Positions 13,115 to 27,760 of a stretch of 64,000 nt of DNA are shown one piece after another. A program made the translations under genes and the position numbers. How positions within the stretch are numbered: position 1 is the first letter of the stretch; each line of letters begins with the position of its first letter. Source of the stretch: the human T2T-CHM13v2.0 reference genome, Homo sapiens; assembly GCF_009914755.1 (NCBI RefSeq), contig NC_060925.1. One strand, written 5' to 3'. Under the pieces are notes generated by a model, which had not been told where the DNA came from, ran no database searches, and saw only the letters and a program-made list of their open reading frames with translations.

Positions 13115-13419
13115 CAGTTCCCAATAAGTTCCTCATCTCCATCTGAGACCTCCTCAGCCTGGCCTTCTATGTCCATAGCACTATCAGCATTTTGGTCACA
13201 ACCATTCAGCAAGTCTCTAGAAAATTCCAAACCTTCCTTCATCTTTGTCTTCGCTGAGCCTTCTACACTCTTCCAACCTTTGCCCATTATCCAGTTCCAA
13301 GGTCACTTCCATATATTCAGGTATCTTTACAGCAGTGCCCCACACCTTGGCACCAATTTTCTATATTAGGCTGTTCTTGTACTGCTATAATGAAATATCT
13401 GAGATTGGGTAATTTATAA

Positions 13420-13909
<490 letters not shown>

Positions 13910-15115
13910 GAGATGCTGCATACTTTTAAACAACCAGATCACAGGAGAAGTCTATCACAGAACAGCACTATGGGGATGGTGCTAAACCATTTATGAGGAA
14001 CCATCCAGTGGTCCAATCACCTACCACCAGGGCTCACCTCCAACACTGGGGATTAAAATTTGACATGAGATTTGGGTGGGGACACAGATTCAAACCATAT
14101 CACATAACATAGCAAAATCTCTGGTAGGCAGCAAAAGTAATGTTAGCAGGAAAGTTTATAGACCTAAAAACATACCCCCAAAAGTTAGAAAGTTCTCACA
14201 TGAATACCTTAACATTACACCTAGATGAACTAGAAAAACAAGAACAAACTGACCACAAAGCTAGCAGAAAAAAAGAAATAACTAAAATCAGAGTGGAACT
14301 GAATGTATTTGAGATCCAAAAGTCCATAGAAAGGATCAACGAAACCAAAAAAGTTGGTTTTATAAAGATCAACAAGATCAATAAACTGCTAGCTGGACTT
14401 ACAAGGAAAAAGGAGAGAAGATCCAAATAAGCACAATTAGAAACAACAAAGGAGACATTACAATCAATCTTACAGAAATTGAAAAGATCTTCAGAGACTC
14501 TCATGAACACCTCTATGCACATAAACTAGAAAATCTAGAGGAAATTGATAAGAGTCCTAAAAATACACAATGTCCCAAGATTGAATCAGGAAGAAATTGA
14601 AACACTGAACAAACCAATATAGAGTTATGAAATTGAATCAGTACAAACAAACAAACAAACAAACAAAAACCCAGACCAGATGAATTCACATCTACAAAGA
14701 AAAGCTGATACCAATTCTATTGAAACTCTTGCAAAAAACCAAGGAGTTACTCCTCCCTAAATAATTCTATGAAGCCAGCATCACCCTGGCAAAAAGACAC
14801 AACAAAAAAAGAAAACTACTGTCCAATATCCCTGATAAACATAGATGCAAAAATCGTCAATAAAATACTAGTAAACAGAATTCAACAGCACATCAAAATG
14901 TTCACCATGATCAAGTAGACTTTATTCCTCAGATGCAAGGTTGGTTTAACATATACAAATCAATAAATGTGATTCACCACATAAAAAGAATTAAAAACAA
15001 AACCCTGTGATGTGATCATCTCAATAGATGTGGGAAGTTTCCAATAAAATCCAACATCCTTTCATGATTAAAAAAAAAAACCCTCAAGAAAGTAGGCATC
15101 AAAGAAACATACCTC

Positions 15116-16724
15116 TTTTGCTGTGCAGAAGCTCTTTAGTTTAATTAGATCCCATTTGTCGATTTTGGCTTTTGTTGCAATTGCTTTTGGTATTTTCATC
15201 ATGAAGTCTTTGCCCATGCCTATGTCCTGAATGGTATTGCCTATGTTTTCTTCTAGGGTTTTTACGATTTTGGGTTTTACATTTAAGTCTTTAATCTATC
15301 TTGAGTTAATTTTTGTATATGGTGTAAGGAAGGGGTCCAGTTCCAGTTTTCTGCATATGGCTAGCCAGTTTTCCCAGCACTGTTTATTAAGTAGGGAATA
15401 TTTTCCCCATTGCTTGTTTGTGTCAGGTTTGTTGAAACTCAGATGGCTGTAAATGTGTGGTGTTATTTCTGAGGTTTATCTTCTGTTCCATTGGTCTGTA
15501 TGTCTGTTTTGGGACCAGTACCATGCTGTTTTGGATACTGTAGCTTTGTAGTATAGCTTGAGGTCAGGTAGAAGGATGCCTCCAGCTTTGTTCTTTTTGC
15601 TTAGAATTGTCTTGCCTATACAGGCTCTTTTTTGGTTTCATATGAAATTTAAAGTAGTTTTTTCTAATTCTGTGAAGAATGTCAATGGTTCTTGAATGGG
15701 AAAAGCATTAAATCTATAAATTACAGCAAAAGAAACTATCATCAGAGTGAACGGGCAACCTACAGAATGGGAGAAAAGTTTTGCAATCTACCCATCTGAC
15801 AAAGGTCTAAAATCCAGAATCTACAAGGAACTGAAACAAATTTACAAGAAAAAAACAAACAACCCCATCAAAGCAAATGATATGAACAGGCACTTCTCAA
15901 AAGAAGACATTTATGCAGCCAACAAACATATGATAAAAAGCTCAACATCACTGATCATTTTAGAAAAATGCAAATCAAAACCACAATGAGATACCATCCC
16001 ATGCCAGTCAGAATGACGATTCTTAAAAAGTCAATAAGTAATAGATACTGGCGAGGCTGTGGAGAAACAGGAACGTTTTTACACAGTTAGTAGGAATGTA
16101 AATTATTTCAACCATTTTGGGAGATAGTATGGCAATTCTCCAGGGATCTAGAACCAGAAATACCATTTGACCCAGCAATCCCATTACTGAGTATATACCC
16201 AAAGGAATATAAATCATTCCGTTACAAAGACACATGCATACATATGTTTATTATAGCACTATTTACAGTAGCAAAGACATGGAACCAACCTAAACACCCA
16301 TTAATGATAGACTGGATAATGAAAAGTGGTACATATACACCCTGGAATACTATGGAGCCATAAAAAGGAATGAGATCATGTACTTTGCAAGGACATGGAT
16401 GAAGCTGGAAGCTACCATCCTCAGCAAACTAACATAGGAATAGAAAATCAAACACCATGTATCTCACTCGTAAGTGGGAGTTGAACAATGAGAACACATG
16501 GACACAAGGGGGGAAACAACACAAACTGGGGCCAGTCGGGGGTTAGCGGGAAAGGGTAGGGAGAGCATTAGGACAAATGGCTAATGCATGTGGGGCTTAA
16601 AACCTAGATGACGGGTTGATAGGTGCAGCAAACCATCATGGCACACATACACCTATGTAACAAACCTACACATTCTGCACTTGTATCCCAGAAATTAAAG
16701 TAAAAAAAAAAGAAAGAAAGAAAG
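15116..16724 (+). mobile_element. 5'-inverted (twin-primed) L1PA8/10-like insertion; 15116-15722 antisense, 15723-16724 sense
   Basis: Orientation switch near 15722; 3' UTR GGAGAGCATTAGGACAAATGGCTAATGCATGTGGGGCTTAAAACCTAGATGACGGG; perfect 15-bp TSD AAAGAAACATACCTC at 15101-15115 and 16725-16739. Confidence 0.93.
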
Positions 16725-17148
16725 AAAGAAACATACCTCAAAATAATAAGAGCCATCTATAACAAACCCACAGCCAATATTATACTGAATGGGCAGAAAC
16801 TGGAAGCATTTCCATCAAGAACTGGAATAAGACATGAATGCCCACTCTCACAACTCCAATTCAACATAGTACTTGGAAGTGTTAGCCATAGCAATCAAGC
16901 AAGAGAAAGAAACAAAAGGAATCCAAATAGGAAAAGAAGTCAGACTTTCTCTCTTCACTGATGATATGACTCTATATTTAGAAAACACTAAAGACTCTGC
17001 CAAAAGGCTCCTGGAACTTATAAACGACTTCAGTAGAGTTTCAGATACAAAACCAGTGTGCAAAAATTAGTAGCATTATTAGTACACCAATAATGTTCAA
17101 GCTGTGAGCCAAATCAAGAATGCATTTTCATTTACAATAGCCATTTAA

Positions 17149-17460
<312 letters not shown>

Positions 17461-19230
17461 AGCCATTTAAAGAATAAAATATCTAGGAATACACCTAACC
17501 AAGGAGATGAAAGAGCTCTATAAGGAGAACTAAAAAACACTGCTGAAAGAAAGCATAGATGACCCAAACAAATGCAAAAGCATTCTATGCTTATGGATTG
17601 GAAGAATCAATATTGTTAAAATGGCAATACTGCCCAAAGCGATCCACAGATTCATCGCTTTCTAACAAACTATGAATGTCATTTTTCACAGAATTGGGAA
17701 AAAAAGCTATTCTAAAATTTATATAGAGCCAAAAAAGAACCAAAACAGTCAAGGGAATTCTAGCAAAAGAACAAAGCTGGGGGCATCATATTACTGACTT
17801 CAAAATATACTCAAAGACAACAGTAAGCAAAACAACATGGTGCTGGTACAAAAATAGACCCATAGAGCAAAGGAACAAAATAAGAACCCAGAAATAAAGT
17901 CGCACACCTACAACCATTTGATCTTCAACAAAGTCGACAAAAATAAGCAATAGAGGAAGGACTCCCTGTTCAACAAATAGTGCTGGGATAGCTGGTGAGC
18001 CATATGCAGAAGAATGAAACTGGACCCCTACCTGTCCTCATGTATAAAAATTATCTCAAGACAGATTAAATATTTAAATGTAAGACCCCAAACTATACCA
18101 ATCCTGGAGAAAAATCTGGGGAACCCCTTTCTGGATATCAACCTTGGGGAAAAATTTGTGACTAAGTCCTCAAAAGCAATTACAACAAAAACAAAAATTG
18201 ACAAGTAGAACCTAATTGAACTAAAGAGCTTCTACACGACAAAAGAAACTATCAACAGAGTAAACAGACAATCTACAAAATGGGAGAAAATATTTGCAAA
18301 CTATGCACCTGACAAATGTCTAATATTCACAATCTATAAGGAAATTAAACAATTGAATGAGGAATAACAAACAGCCCCATTTTAAAATGGGCAAAAGACA
18401 TGAGCATACACTTCTCAAAAGGAGACATTCAAGAACCCAAAAAAAAGTGAAAAAATGCTCAACATCACAAATTATCAGAGAAATGCAAATCAAACCACAA
18501 TGAGATACCATCTCACACCAGTCAGATTGGCTATGATTTAAAAAGTCAAAAAACAACAGATGTTGGCAAGGCTGCAGAGAAAAGAGAACACTTATACACT
18601 GTTGGTGGGAATGTAAATTAGTTCAGCCACTGTGGAGAGCAGTTTGGAGCTTTCTCAAAGAACTTAAAATAGAACTACCATTCCACCCAGCAATCCCATT
18701 ACTGCATACATACCCCCCAAAACCCAAATTGTTCTACCAAATAAAGACGTGTACTTGTATGTTCATTGCAGCACTATTCACAATAGCAAAGACATGGAAT
18801 CAACTAGGTGCCCATCAATGGTGGATTAGATAAAGAAACTGTAGCACATACATACCATGGAATACAAAGCAACCATAAAAAGAATGAAATCATGTCCTTT
18901 GCCGCAATATAGATACAGCTGAGGGCCATTATCTTAAGCAAATTAATGCAGAAACAGAAAACCAAATACCATATGTTCCCACTTATAAGTGGGAGCTAAA
19001 CATTGGGCAGTCATGGACATAAAGATGACAACAATAGACACTGGGGACTACTAGAAGGGAGAAGGAAAAAGGGGGAAAGGGCTGAAAAACTAACTGTTGG
19101 GTACTATGCTTAGTACCTAGCTTACAGGATCAGTTACACCCCAAACCTTGGCATCACTCAATATACCCAGGTAACAAACCTACACAGGTACCCTCTGAAT
19201 CTAAAATAAAAGTTGGAATTATTTTTTTAA

Positions 19231-20215
19231 ATGAACCAAAAACCTTAACAGACACCTCACCAAAGAATATATACAGATGGCAACTAAGCATATGAAAAGG
19301 TGCTCCACATCATATGTCGTCAGGGAAATGCAAATTAAAACAATGAGATACCACTATGAACCTACTGGAATAGCCAAAACCCAGAACATTGACTCCAGTA
19401 AATGCTGGTAAGAATGTGGGGCAGTAGGAACACTCACTCACTGCTGGTAGGAATGCAAAATGGTACCACAACCTTGGTAAACAGTTTGGCAGTTTCTTTA
19501 AAAAACAGACAAACTCTTACCACACAATTCAGCAACTGGACTCTTTGGTATTTATCCAGAGGAGTTTTAAATATATACCCCCACAAAAACTTGCATAGAG
19601 ATGTTTATAGCAGCTTTATTCATAATTACCAGAACTTGAAAGCAACCAAGATGTCCATCAGTAGGTGAATGGATAAATAAACATTGATACATCAGGCAAT
19701 AGAATACAATTCAGTGCTAAAAGGAAATGAGCTATCAAGCCATAAAAGATATGGGGGAAACTTAAGTGCATATGACTAAGTTAAAGAAGTCCATCTGGAA
19801 AGAGTACATACTGTATGACTATACGCTATTCTGGAAAAGGCAAGACTCTGGAAACAGTAAAAAGATCAATGGTTGCCATGAATTAGCAGCAGGAAGGGGG
19901 AAAGGATCAACAGGCAAAATGCAGAGGTCAGTGAAACTACTCTATGATACTATAATGCTGGATACATCTTATTATACATTTGTGCAAACCCATAGAATGT
20001 ATAATGCCAAGAGTGACCCCTCATGTAAGCCATGAACTTTGGGTAATAATGATGAGTTAATGTGAGTTTATCACTTGTAATGTAGCACTCTGATGAAGGG
20101 TGTTATTAATGGGGGAGGCAATGCATGTGCAGGGTGAGGGGATAGCTGAGTAATCTCTGTACCTTCTCAATTTTGCTATCAACCTGAAACTATTCTAAAA
20201 AAATTAAGCCTTTTT
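19231..20215 (+). mobile_element. L1MC1-like 3' end
   Basis: GAGCTATCAAGCCAT, CAAACCCATAGAATGT, CAAGAGTGACCCC and TCTCTGTACCTTCTCAATTTTGCT match the L1MC 3' UTR as I recall it. Confidence 0.85.
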
Positions 20216-20394
20216 AAAAAAATGTACCTTTAATAAAAAATGTGAAGACGTTCTCATAGAAACTCTATGAATTTAGGATATGAATGTATAGTTATATATT
20301 TATATCTACACATATATAATGGATTAAAAATTAAATAGCACAGAAGCTATCATTTATAGAGTGAATTTCTAAAACTTATTTGATGCAATTAGGT

Positions 20395-20620
20395 AAGTGC
20401 AAATTTAAAACTAAAATGAAATACCTCCATACACCTATGTCAATTGCTAAAATTCAAAAGACTAATAATGCCACAAGTTGACAAGGATATGGAGCAACTA
20501 GGACTCTTATTCATTGCTGACAGAAATGCAAAATGATACAGCCACTTTGGAAAACAGTGTGGCAGTGTCTTATAATGTTACCAGTAATACCACTCCTAAA
20601 AATAAAAACATATGTCCACA
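20395..20620 (+). mobile_element. Old L1M ORF2 3' fragment
   Basis: GGATATGGAGCAACTAGGACTCTTATTCATTGCTG...CAGCCACTTTGGAAAACAG. Confidence 0.7.
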
Positions 20621-20843
20621 GGAAAAAAAAACAGAATGTCCCATGGACCCCCATAAGTTTATTCCTATTACATACATATTCCACTGCCTAGCCAGCCCAC
20701 AAGGCCAGAAAAAAAGAAGCTCTTTCTAAGCACTCCCTCCTGCAACTTATCATATCCAATCAGTTACTAAAGTTCCTTAATATTTTTGCATTCTCCATAT
20801 TACTGTCTTCCTTGATGCAGAACATCATTACTTCAGGTCTAGG

Positions 20844-21199
20844 TGATATGGTTTTGCTGTGCCCCCACCCAAATCTTATCTTAAATTGCAGTTCCCATAA
20901 TCCCCATGTGTCATGGGAGGGAAATGGTGGGAGGAAACTGAATCAATGGGGTGGTTACCCCCATGCTGTTCTCATGATAGTGAGTTCTCACAAGATCTGA
21001 TGGTTTTATAGGAGGCTTTTCTCCTTTGCTCAGCATTTCTCCTTCCTGCCACCTTGTGAAGAAGGACATGTTTGCTTCCCCTTCTGCCATGATTGTAAGT
21101 TTCTTGAGGCATCCCCAGCCCTGCAGAACTGTGAGTCAGTCTAACCTCTTTCCTTTATAAAGGAAGTTCTTTAGAGCAGTGTGAGAATGAACTAATACA
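20844..21199 (+). mobile_element. THE1C-like solo LTR
   Basis: TGATATGG...ACTAATACA; perfect TSD CTAGG at 20839-20843 and 21200-21204. Confidence 0.92.
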
Positions 21200-21857
21200 C
21201 TAGGTTACCACAAGAGCTTGTAAAAGGTTTCCTAGTCCTTGGTCTTTATTTCATTTGAGTCATCTTCTGAACTTTAGCCAATTCATTTTACTTTCCTAAA
21301 ATGTAAATATGTTCATTTCACATCCTACATATAATCCTTCAATAACACAACATTATCTTCAGGAAAAAACCTGAACTTCTTAGGTTTATGTGTAGTTTCA
21401 TATTTCAAACCAATCTTATTATCTTTCATTGCTGGTTCACGCAGTAACCAATAACCATGGCCATTCACATCTAACTCAAAGTCAGGGAGTGCAGTGAGGG
21501 GCCAATGATCCTTTTAGCCTGGTTTCCATCAGAACTCCCACACAAAACCTAATCAGGTCTTAGTTATCTCTTTCCTGAGCACTTCCTATTAATATTTTGT
21601 TAGCCTTTCCCAGACTACATACATGCAGAAACATGATAGACAAAAAAAAAAAAAATCTTTTTATTGAAATGCCATGGAGTTCTCCTGAGAGTAATACAGA
21701 ATATGAAAAAACAGATTATAATGTCATCTTACGAGACTACCCACTTGTGTAACACAAAAGAACAAGGCCAAAAAGGCCTTATAGGCTCAAGCCCTCAAAA
21801 GCTCTTTCTCTCTGCCATCCCCTCTCTCTCCCACAATCCCACCCCTTTCCCTGGTAA

Positions 21858-22151
<294 letters not shown>

Positions 22152-22849
22152 GGTGACTACTTCCTTATGTTATGCAAACTGGGTCACATCCCATCCTCAG
22201 AAAGATTGATTCTTCCCCACAGGGTACAGACATTTCAATCCTCAAACTCTCTTTATGTTTGTGTATTTGCCAAGTCAAGGAATGAGACCTCTGCCAGCTG
22301 TAAACAGAGGTTCACTTCTATGCAGACACTGCAATTCCAGGGAACACAAGGCGGTCTCTGGTCACATTATATGGACAATGGTGAGTCCTGAGTATCTGGC
22401 ATCTCCACTAGTGAAAGCTATCCTTGAGTTCCTCACAATTTACCTAGGAAGCAAGCTCACCTTGCTAAGGGTAACATAAGCTACCCCATCTCATATGAAG
22501 AAAGGATATCCTTCCGGTTAGTAAGACTCTAAGCCCACCTGCCTCCTTGTTTTATCTGTCATTTCTTAGATTTTGGGTGAAATATTTGAGTTAATTTTAA
22601 TCTTCCCACCCCTTACCCATTTTGTCTTATGAAACAATAAACCTTGATTTATTATTCTGAGAGCCTGCAACTCTCCTGAGCCTGACCTAAGTTACAAAAG
22701 TCAACTTACTGGCTGTAAATAGCACTAGGGTTAAATTCTCCCAAAATTGATAACTAGCAATTTCACTTTTGACTTTGCCTTCAGCAGAAGGAAGGGAGGG
22801 AAGATTTTCATTCATCCCACTCCAATTGTAAGAATTTCATAACCCACAC

Positions 22850-23340
22850 CATTCAGTTCTCCAGCCTCACCTTCCACCACTCTGCTGCATAAGCCCTATG
22901 TGTCAAAATTACTTGCAGTTCCCATGCCATGCTCTCTAATGCCTCTGTACCTTTGCTCGTGTTATAATTTTCAGCTTGGAGAATCTTCTCCACATTTATC
23001 CTTGCCCCCTCCATTATTATTCCATCACTCTCCACTCCCTAGGTATCTTGTATTTAATTTATCTTGTCATTAATTAAAACCTTGGAAGCTTTTTCATGCT
23101 CTGTTTTTCTCTTTGAATTGGCTGACCATCCTGTGTTCCCATACTGACTAAATACATCTTTATCATTACAAGGAAACACTGCATTGCCACTGTGGAATGA
23201 TTGTCCATCTCAGCCGTGAGACAGTAAACTCCTTGAGTTTATCCTAGAGATTGAGAATAATTTTGTATGTTTCTTTGTAACCCCAGAGTTTAGCAGTGCA
23301 CCTGGTTCAGAACCATTGTTCATCAATCATCTTTTGAAAG
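22850..23340 (+). mobile_element. L2 3' fragments
   Basis: ACTTGCAGTTCCC...GCCTCTGTACCTTTGCTC and GTAAACTCCTTGAG...TTTAGCAGTGCACCTGG. Confidence 0.55.
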
Positions 23341-23400
23341 ATAGATAGATGATAGATAGATACATAGATACATATAAAAATAGATGATCGATAGAGAGAT
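23338..23400. repeat. (TAGA)n-like microsatellite
   Basis: GATAGATAGATGATAGATAGATACATAGA. Confidence 0.85.
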
Positions 23401-24054
23401 AAAATGATGTTAATAGTAAGCCTTTCACCAGAAAGAACAGAACTCATTAAAGGAGTTTGATTTTGTCTCCCAGCCAACTGGAGAAGGACGTTGCATTAGG
23501 AAAAAGCTTCATTCATTATATGAGGGCAGATTCTCTGAGATCTTTGCTGGCACATTTGCAAATGTGACTCTGGGAAAAATGAAAACCCAACATGTGGAGC
23601 AAATAAATATTTTTGTGTGTGTGCATGCACATGTGTGTCATGATGTAAGAATGGAAGTAGACAGACAGACCTGGGGAAGCGAATGTTACATGCAGAGTCT
23701 ATATGTATGGCATCTTTTTTACTGGGCCTCTCTTCCTAACTGGACAATCTGTGTTTTAGCACTTTCCAGAAGGTAACACCAATATTCTTCCTTCAGCAGA
23801 CCCCCTCAGCTTGATATTCTCCCAGAAACATAGGTTTCTCTGAAGAGAAAAGATCAAAAATGAGAAGCAGAGACTTTTGAATTATATTTAGATTCTCTGC
23901 CTCATTTTCTTTGGACCCAGTATCCAACTTCTTTAGGGATTCTGGCTCAAATGCTAATTAATGCCCATACTCACAGATGACATAACTAAGACATCTTGAT
24001 AAATCATACGGGATCCACATGCTGGAGTTAATAGAGACGTCCAATATACTAGAA

Positions 24055-24770
24055 CAGTTGTTTCCAAATATGTTTTTCTCAACATACACTCACACAAAAC
24101 GAAACAAGTCTCACAAAGCAATGTAGTGTCCCCAATGTCCTAGTGCAGTTTTTTTCTTTTTTTTTTTATTATACTTTAAGTTTTAGGGTACATGTGCACA
24201 ATGTGCAGGTTAGTTACATATGTATACATGTGCCATGTTGGTGTGCTGCACCCATTAACTCGTCATTTAACATTAGGTATATCTCCTAATGCTGTCCCTC
24301 CCCCCTCCCCATACCCCACAACAGGCCCCAGTGTGTGATGTTCCCCTTCCTGTGTCCATGTGTTCTCATTGTTCAATTCCCATCTATGAGTCCTAGTGCA
24401 GTTTTAAGCCATAATAACTTCAGAAGGATAAATGCTATAAACTTAAAACAGCATCATTTGGAAATCTATTTAAATGTAATATATACTTACTTAGTTTTAT
24501 GAACTTTGAAATATTACTTTTTTCGGTCAATGTTTTCCACATTCAATCAGAGGGACTAAAACTAAAAATTACAAATTACAAATGTATTTTTGAGAATAAT
24601 CTAAAACTGAACTAAGTCTCTGGGGACACTATGTATATATTTTTAATACTTAGCATTCTCTGATATTATTCTCTATTCTACTTAATCGACACTATTGTAT
24701 TCAATTTGTCTTTTCTTAATGCTAGTCTCACTCCAATAAATTGGTTTCATGACCCATTAATGAAAACCAC
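24055..24770. mobile_element. hAT-Charlie4-like remnant, interrupted
   Basis: CAAAACGAAACAAGTCTCACAAAGCAAT, CTCTGATATTATTCTCTATTCTA and TAAATTGGTTTCATGACCCATTAATG resemble Charlie4a/4z from memory. Confidence 0.4.
24153..24389 (-). mobile_element. Short 5'-truncated L1PA3-like 3' end
   Basis: TTATTATACTTTAAGTTTTAGGGTACATGTGCAC...; perfect 16-bp TSD GTCCTAGTGCAGTTTT at 24137-24152 and 24390-24405. Confidence 0.95.
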
Positions 24771-25464
24771 AACTCTAGAAGGCAGGAGTGTATGATTAGG
24801 TAAGAAAAACTTAGTCCTTCCTTGATTCAAGAGCTCAGTCATCCTGGGCTCAGTGATTTCCATGTGCATTCATTTTACAGATATGCTAGTGAGGGAAAGC
24901 CATTAAAGCTACGGTAGGATGAAGTTGGGGACCCCATGGCTATGAGTGTTGCTTCAGAAAGTCATCACTTTAACAAGGTCTGAAAGCAATGGATCCTTGG
25001 GATGCAATGATTCTGGGACACAATGGAATATTTTCTGGACTCAAGAAACATCTGAAAATATTTTACTTGTTAACAGCAAATCTTGTCCCCTGCCAGCACT
25101 CTCTGCTCCCCATTTCCCAACCTTGGTAACAGAATAATGGTCTTAATGAAAAACATCCAAAACAGAAATGACACTCTTTTAAACACCAATCATCAAGTTT
25201 AGGTACCTGGAATAGGGGAAAAATAAAATCACATCCTCTGTCACATAATCTCTGGCTAACGATGCCTGTTTCTAATCACTGACGTTATACCTATTACTCT
25301 CCAGCATATGATACTACAAGGCTCCTAATTTTCCACTCATGCTCCACTAGTTCTAACTTTTATTTTTTTAGCTCTGATCACATGTGCTTTGCCTTTCACC
25401 TACACTACACTTCACCTAAGCTACAACTATCTCAAGACTTCTGTGCTCTATCTCTTGTACATTT

Positions 25465-26250
25465 CATTCTGTTTCAGAGTGTTTTCAGCTGCAAGTAAAC
25501 AGACAAGTAATAAACGTTGGCACATTAAGGACATTGTTATGATCTGATATGGTCTAGCTGTGTCCCCACCCAAATTTTGTCTTGAATTGTAGCCCCCACA
25601 TTTCCCACGTGTTGTGGGAGGGACCTGGTGGGAGGTAATTGAATCATGGAGGTGGGTCTTTCTCAAGATGTTCTCATGATAGTAAATAAGTCTCACGAGA
25701 TCTGATGGTTTTATAAAGGGGAGTTTCCCTGCACAACCTCTCTCTTCTCTTTTCTGCCACCATGTGAGATGTGCCTTTCACTTTTCACCATGATTGTGAG
25801 GCCTCCCAAGCCATGTGGAACTGTGAGTCCATTAAACCTTTTTCCTTGTAAATTATCCAGTCTCAGGTATGTCTTTATCAGCAGCATGAAAACGGACTAA
25901 TACATGATCTCAACAGAGATGAATTTCCTAGGGTCAGTGACACATGATGTCAACAAGGATCCAGGTGTTTCCATTTCTCTCTTTGCCATTTTCAGCATAG
26001 AGAGCTGCATCATCCTCAGTCTTATTGCTTTATGCCCGCAAGACGGCTGCATGACTGCTGCTTCATACACCACATCCTCATATCACTGAGCCAAAAGGCA
26101 GGGAGAGAATCTTCTCCCCACACTTCTTGGCCTCAGAAATTCCCCAGCAGATGTTCCCTCAGGACCCTTTGGCCAGGATTAGGTTTCATGCTTATGCATC
26201 AGTAGCAAGAGAAGCTGGGGAAAATGAGTCTCTGGCATTTTCAATTTCTG
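25465..26250 (-). mobile_element. Old MLT1 (J/K/L-like) LTR, split by THE1
   Basis: TTTTCAGCTGCAAGTAA, CAAGGATCCAGG..TTTCCAT, CCCCAGCAGA, TTGGCCAGGATT and GCAAGAGAAGCTGGGGAAAATGAGT motifs. Confidence 0.55.
25545..25904 (+). mobile_element. THE1A/B-like solo LTR
   Basis: TGATATGG...GGACTAATACA; perfect TSD TGATC at 25540-25544 and 25905-25909. Confidence 0.93.
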
Positions 26251-27189
26251 CATCAGAAGGCCGTCTCTCCCACCAAGGAAAACTCAGCCACCCTGTGTTC
26301 TGCACTCAGTAGTGCTCACAGTGTTTTTGAACTGAGTGCCCTATGGTTGCTCTTTAAGAAAGAGGATGAGCACACAGATTTGGTTTAGATAGCAAGTGAA
26401 TCAGTTAATTTAGCTTTATTGAAGGGTAATCGACTTTTCTCCCCCGCCTGGGGAGAAGTCATTTCACATAATGCCAATTACTATTCACAAGGATGCTGGA
26501 TGGGAGAGTGTGCAGAAGGATCAATACGAAGCCATTCCCCAAGCTGTAAAACCAATTATAACAACAGCTCCCTGATGCTGGGTCAGGAGGACAATTGTTT
26601 TTCTACTAATAATGCACATTTCCCCATTCCTGTTACTATCTTTATTTTACATGGGAGGATACTGGCAGTAGAGGGATGTCTCCAGACTTCTGATACCATA
26701 TCTCCAAACCATCCTGCATTTGATCATCAAAATAACTTTTCATAAAGAGCATTTTCATCATGAGATCCAATCCGTAAAGATACACAGGAAATTTACTACG
26801 CAATTAGTTCAAGGCAGGAATGAGGAGGTAGGGTGAAGAGAAGCAGAAAGCACCCTTAAATGTGTATGTCCATGCGTGTGCACACGTGCATATGCATGCA
26901 TGCTAAATTTCTACCTCACTTTTAGCTCACATCTATGAATTTAGATTCAGAATTGTTTGGCTAAATTGTCCATTGATACATTACTCACTGTTGGTCTATG
27001 TGTATTGGCCTTCTATCTTAGGATAGGAACCTTCCATCTTTATGCTCCACTTCAACCATCCAGTATCTGGCAGACAGTAGGTGCTTAAAGAATAAAATGA
27101 ATATAAAGACAAAACTCTGAGTTCCTTCAAGACACACATGTGGTGATTTTCTTTGTAAAAAAAAAAAAAGAAGAAGAAGAGTGCAAATA

Positions 27190-27345
27190 GCAAGCATTTG
27201 TTAGGACAGGCACTGTGCTAAGCACTTAGCCCTCATTTTCTCATTTAATTCTCATACTGAATCTTAGAAGGAATCCCTTTTTCCCATAGAGAGAGGATAT
27301 TAACAAACTTGTCCAAGATCAGACAGCTATCAAATTCCTGAGATG
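27190..27345 (-). mobile_element. MIR fragment
   Basis: CAGGCACTGTGCTAAGCACTT...TCATTTAATTCTCA...ACTTGTCCAAGATCA. Confidence 0.7.
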
Positions 27346-27366
27346 GATATCATACTCATCTTCTGT

Positions 27367-27642
<276 letters not shown>

Positions 27643-27760
27643 GAAGGAAAGAAGGGAAGAAGGGAAGAAGGGAAGAAGGGAAGAAGGGAAGGGAAGGGAA
27701 GGGAAGGGAAGGGAAGGGAAGGGAAGGGAAGGGAAGGGAAGGGAGAAAGGAAAAAGAAAG
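27643..27760. repeat. Compound (GAAGGGAA)n/(GAAGG)n purine repeat following the Alu tail
   Basis: Directly visible. Confidence 0.92.

Noticed and set aside
26860-26903. Purine-pyrimidine alternation with palindromes (Z-DNA-like)
   Set aside because: Short degenerate TG/CA microsatellite; common.
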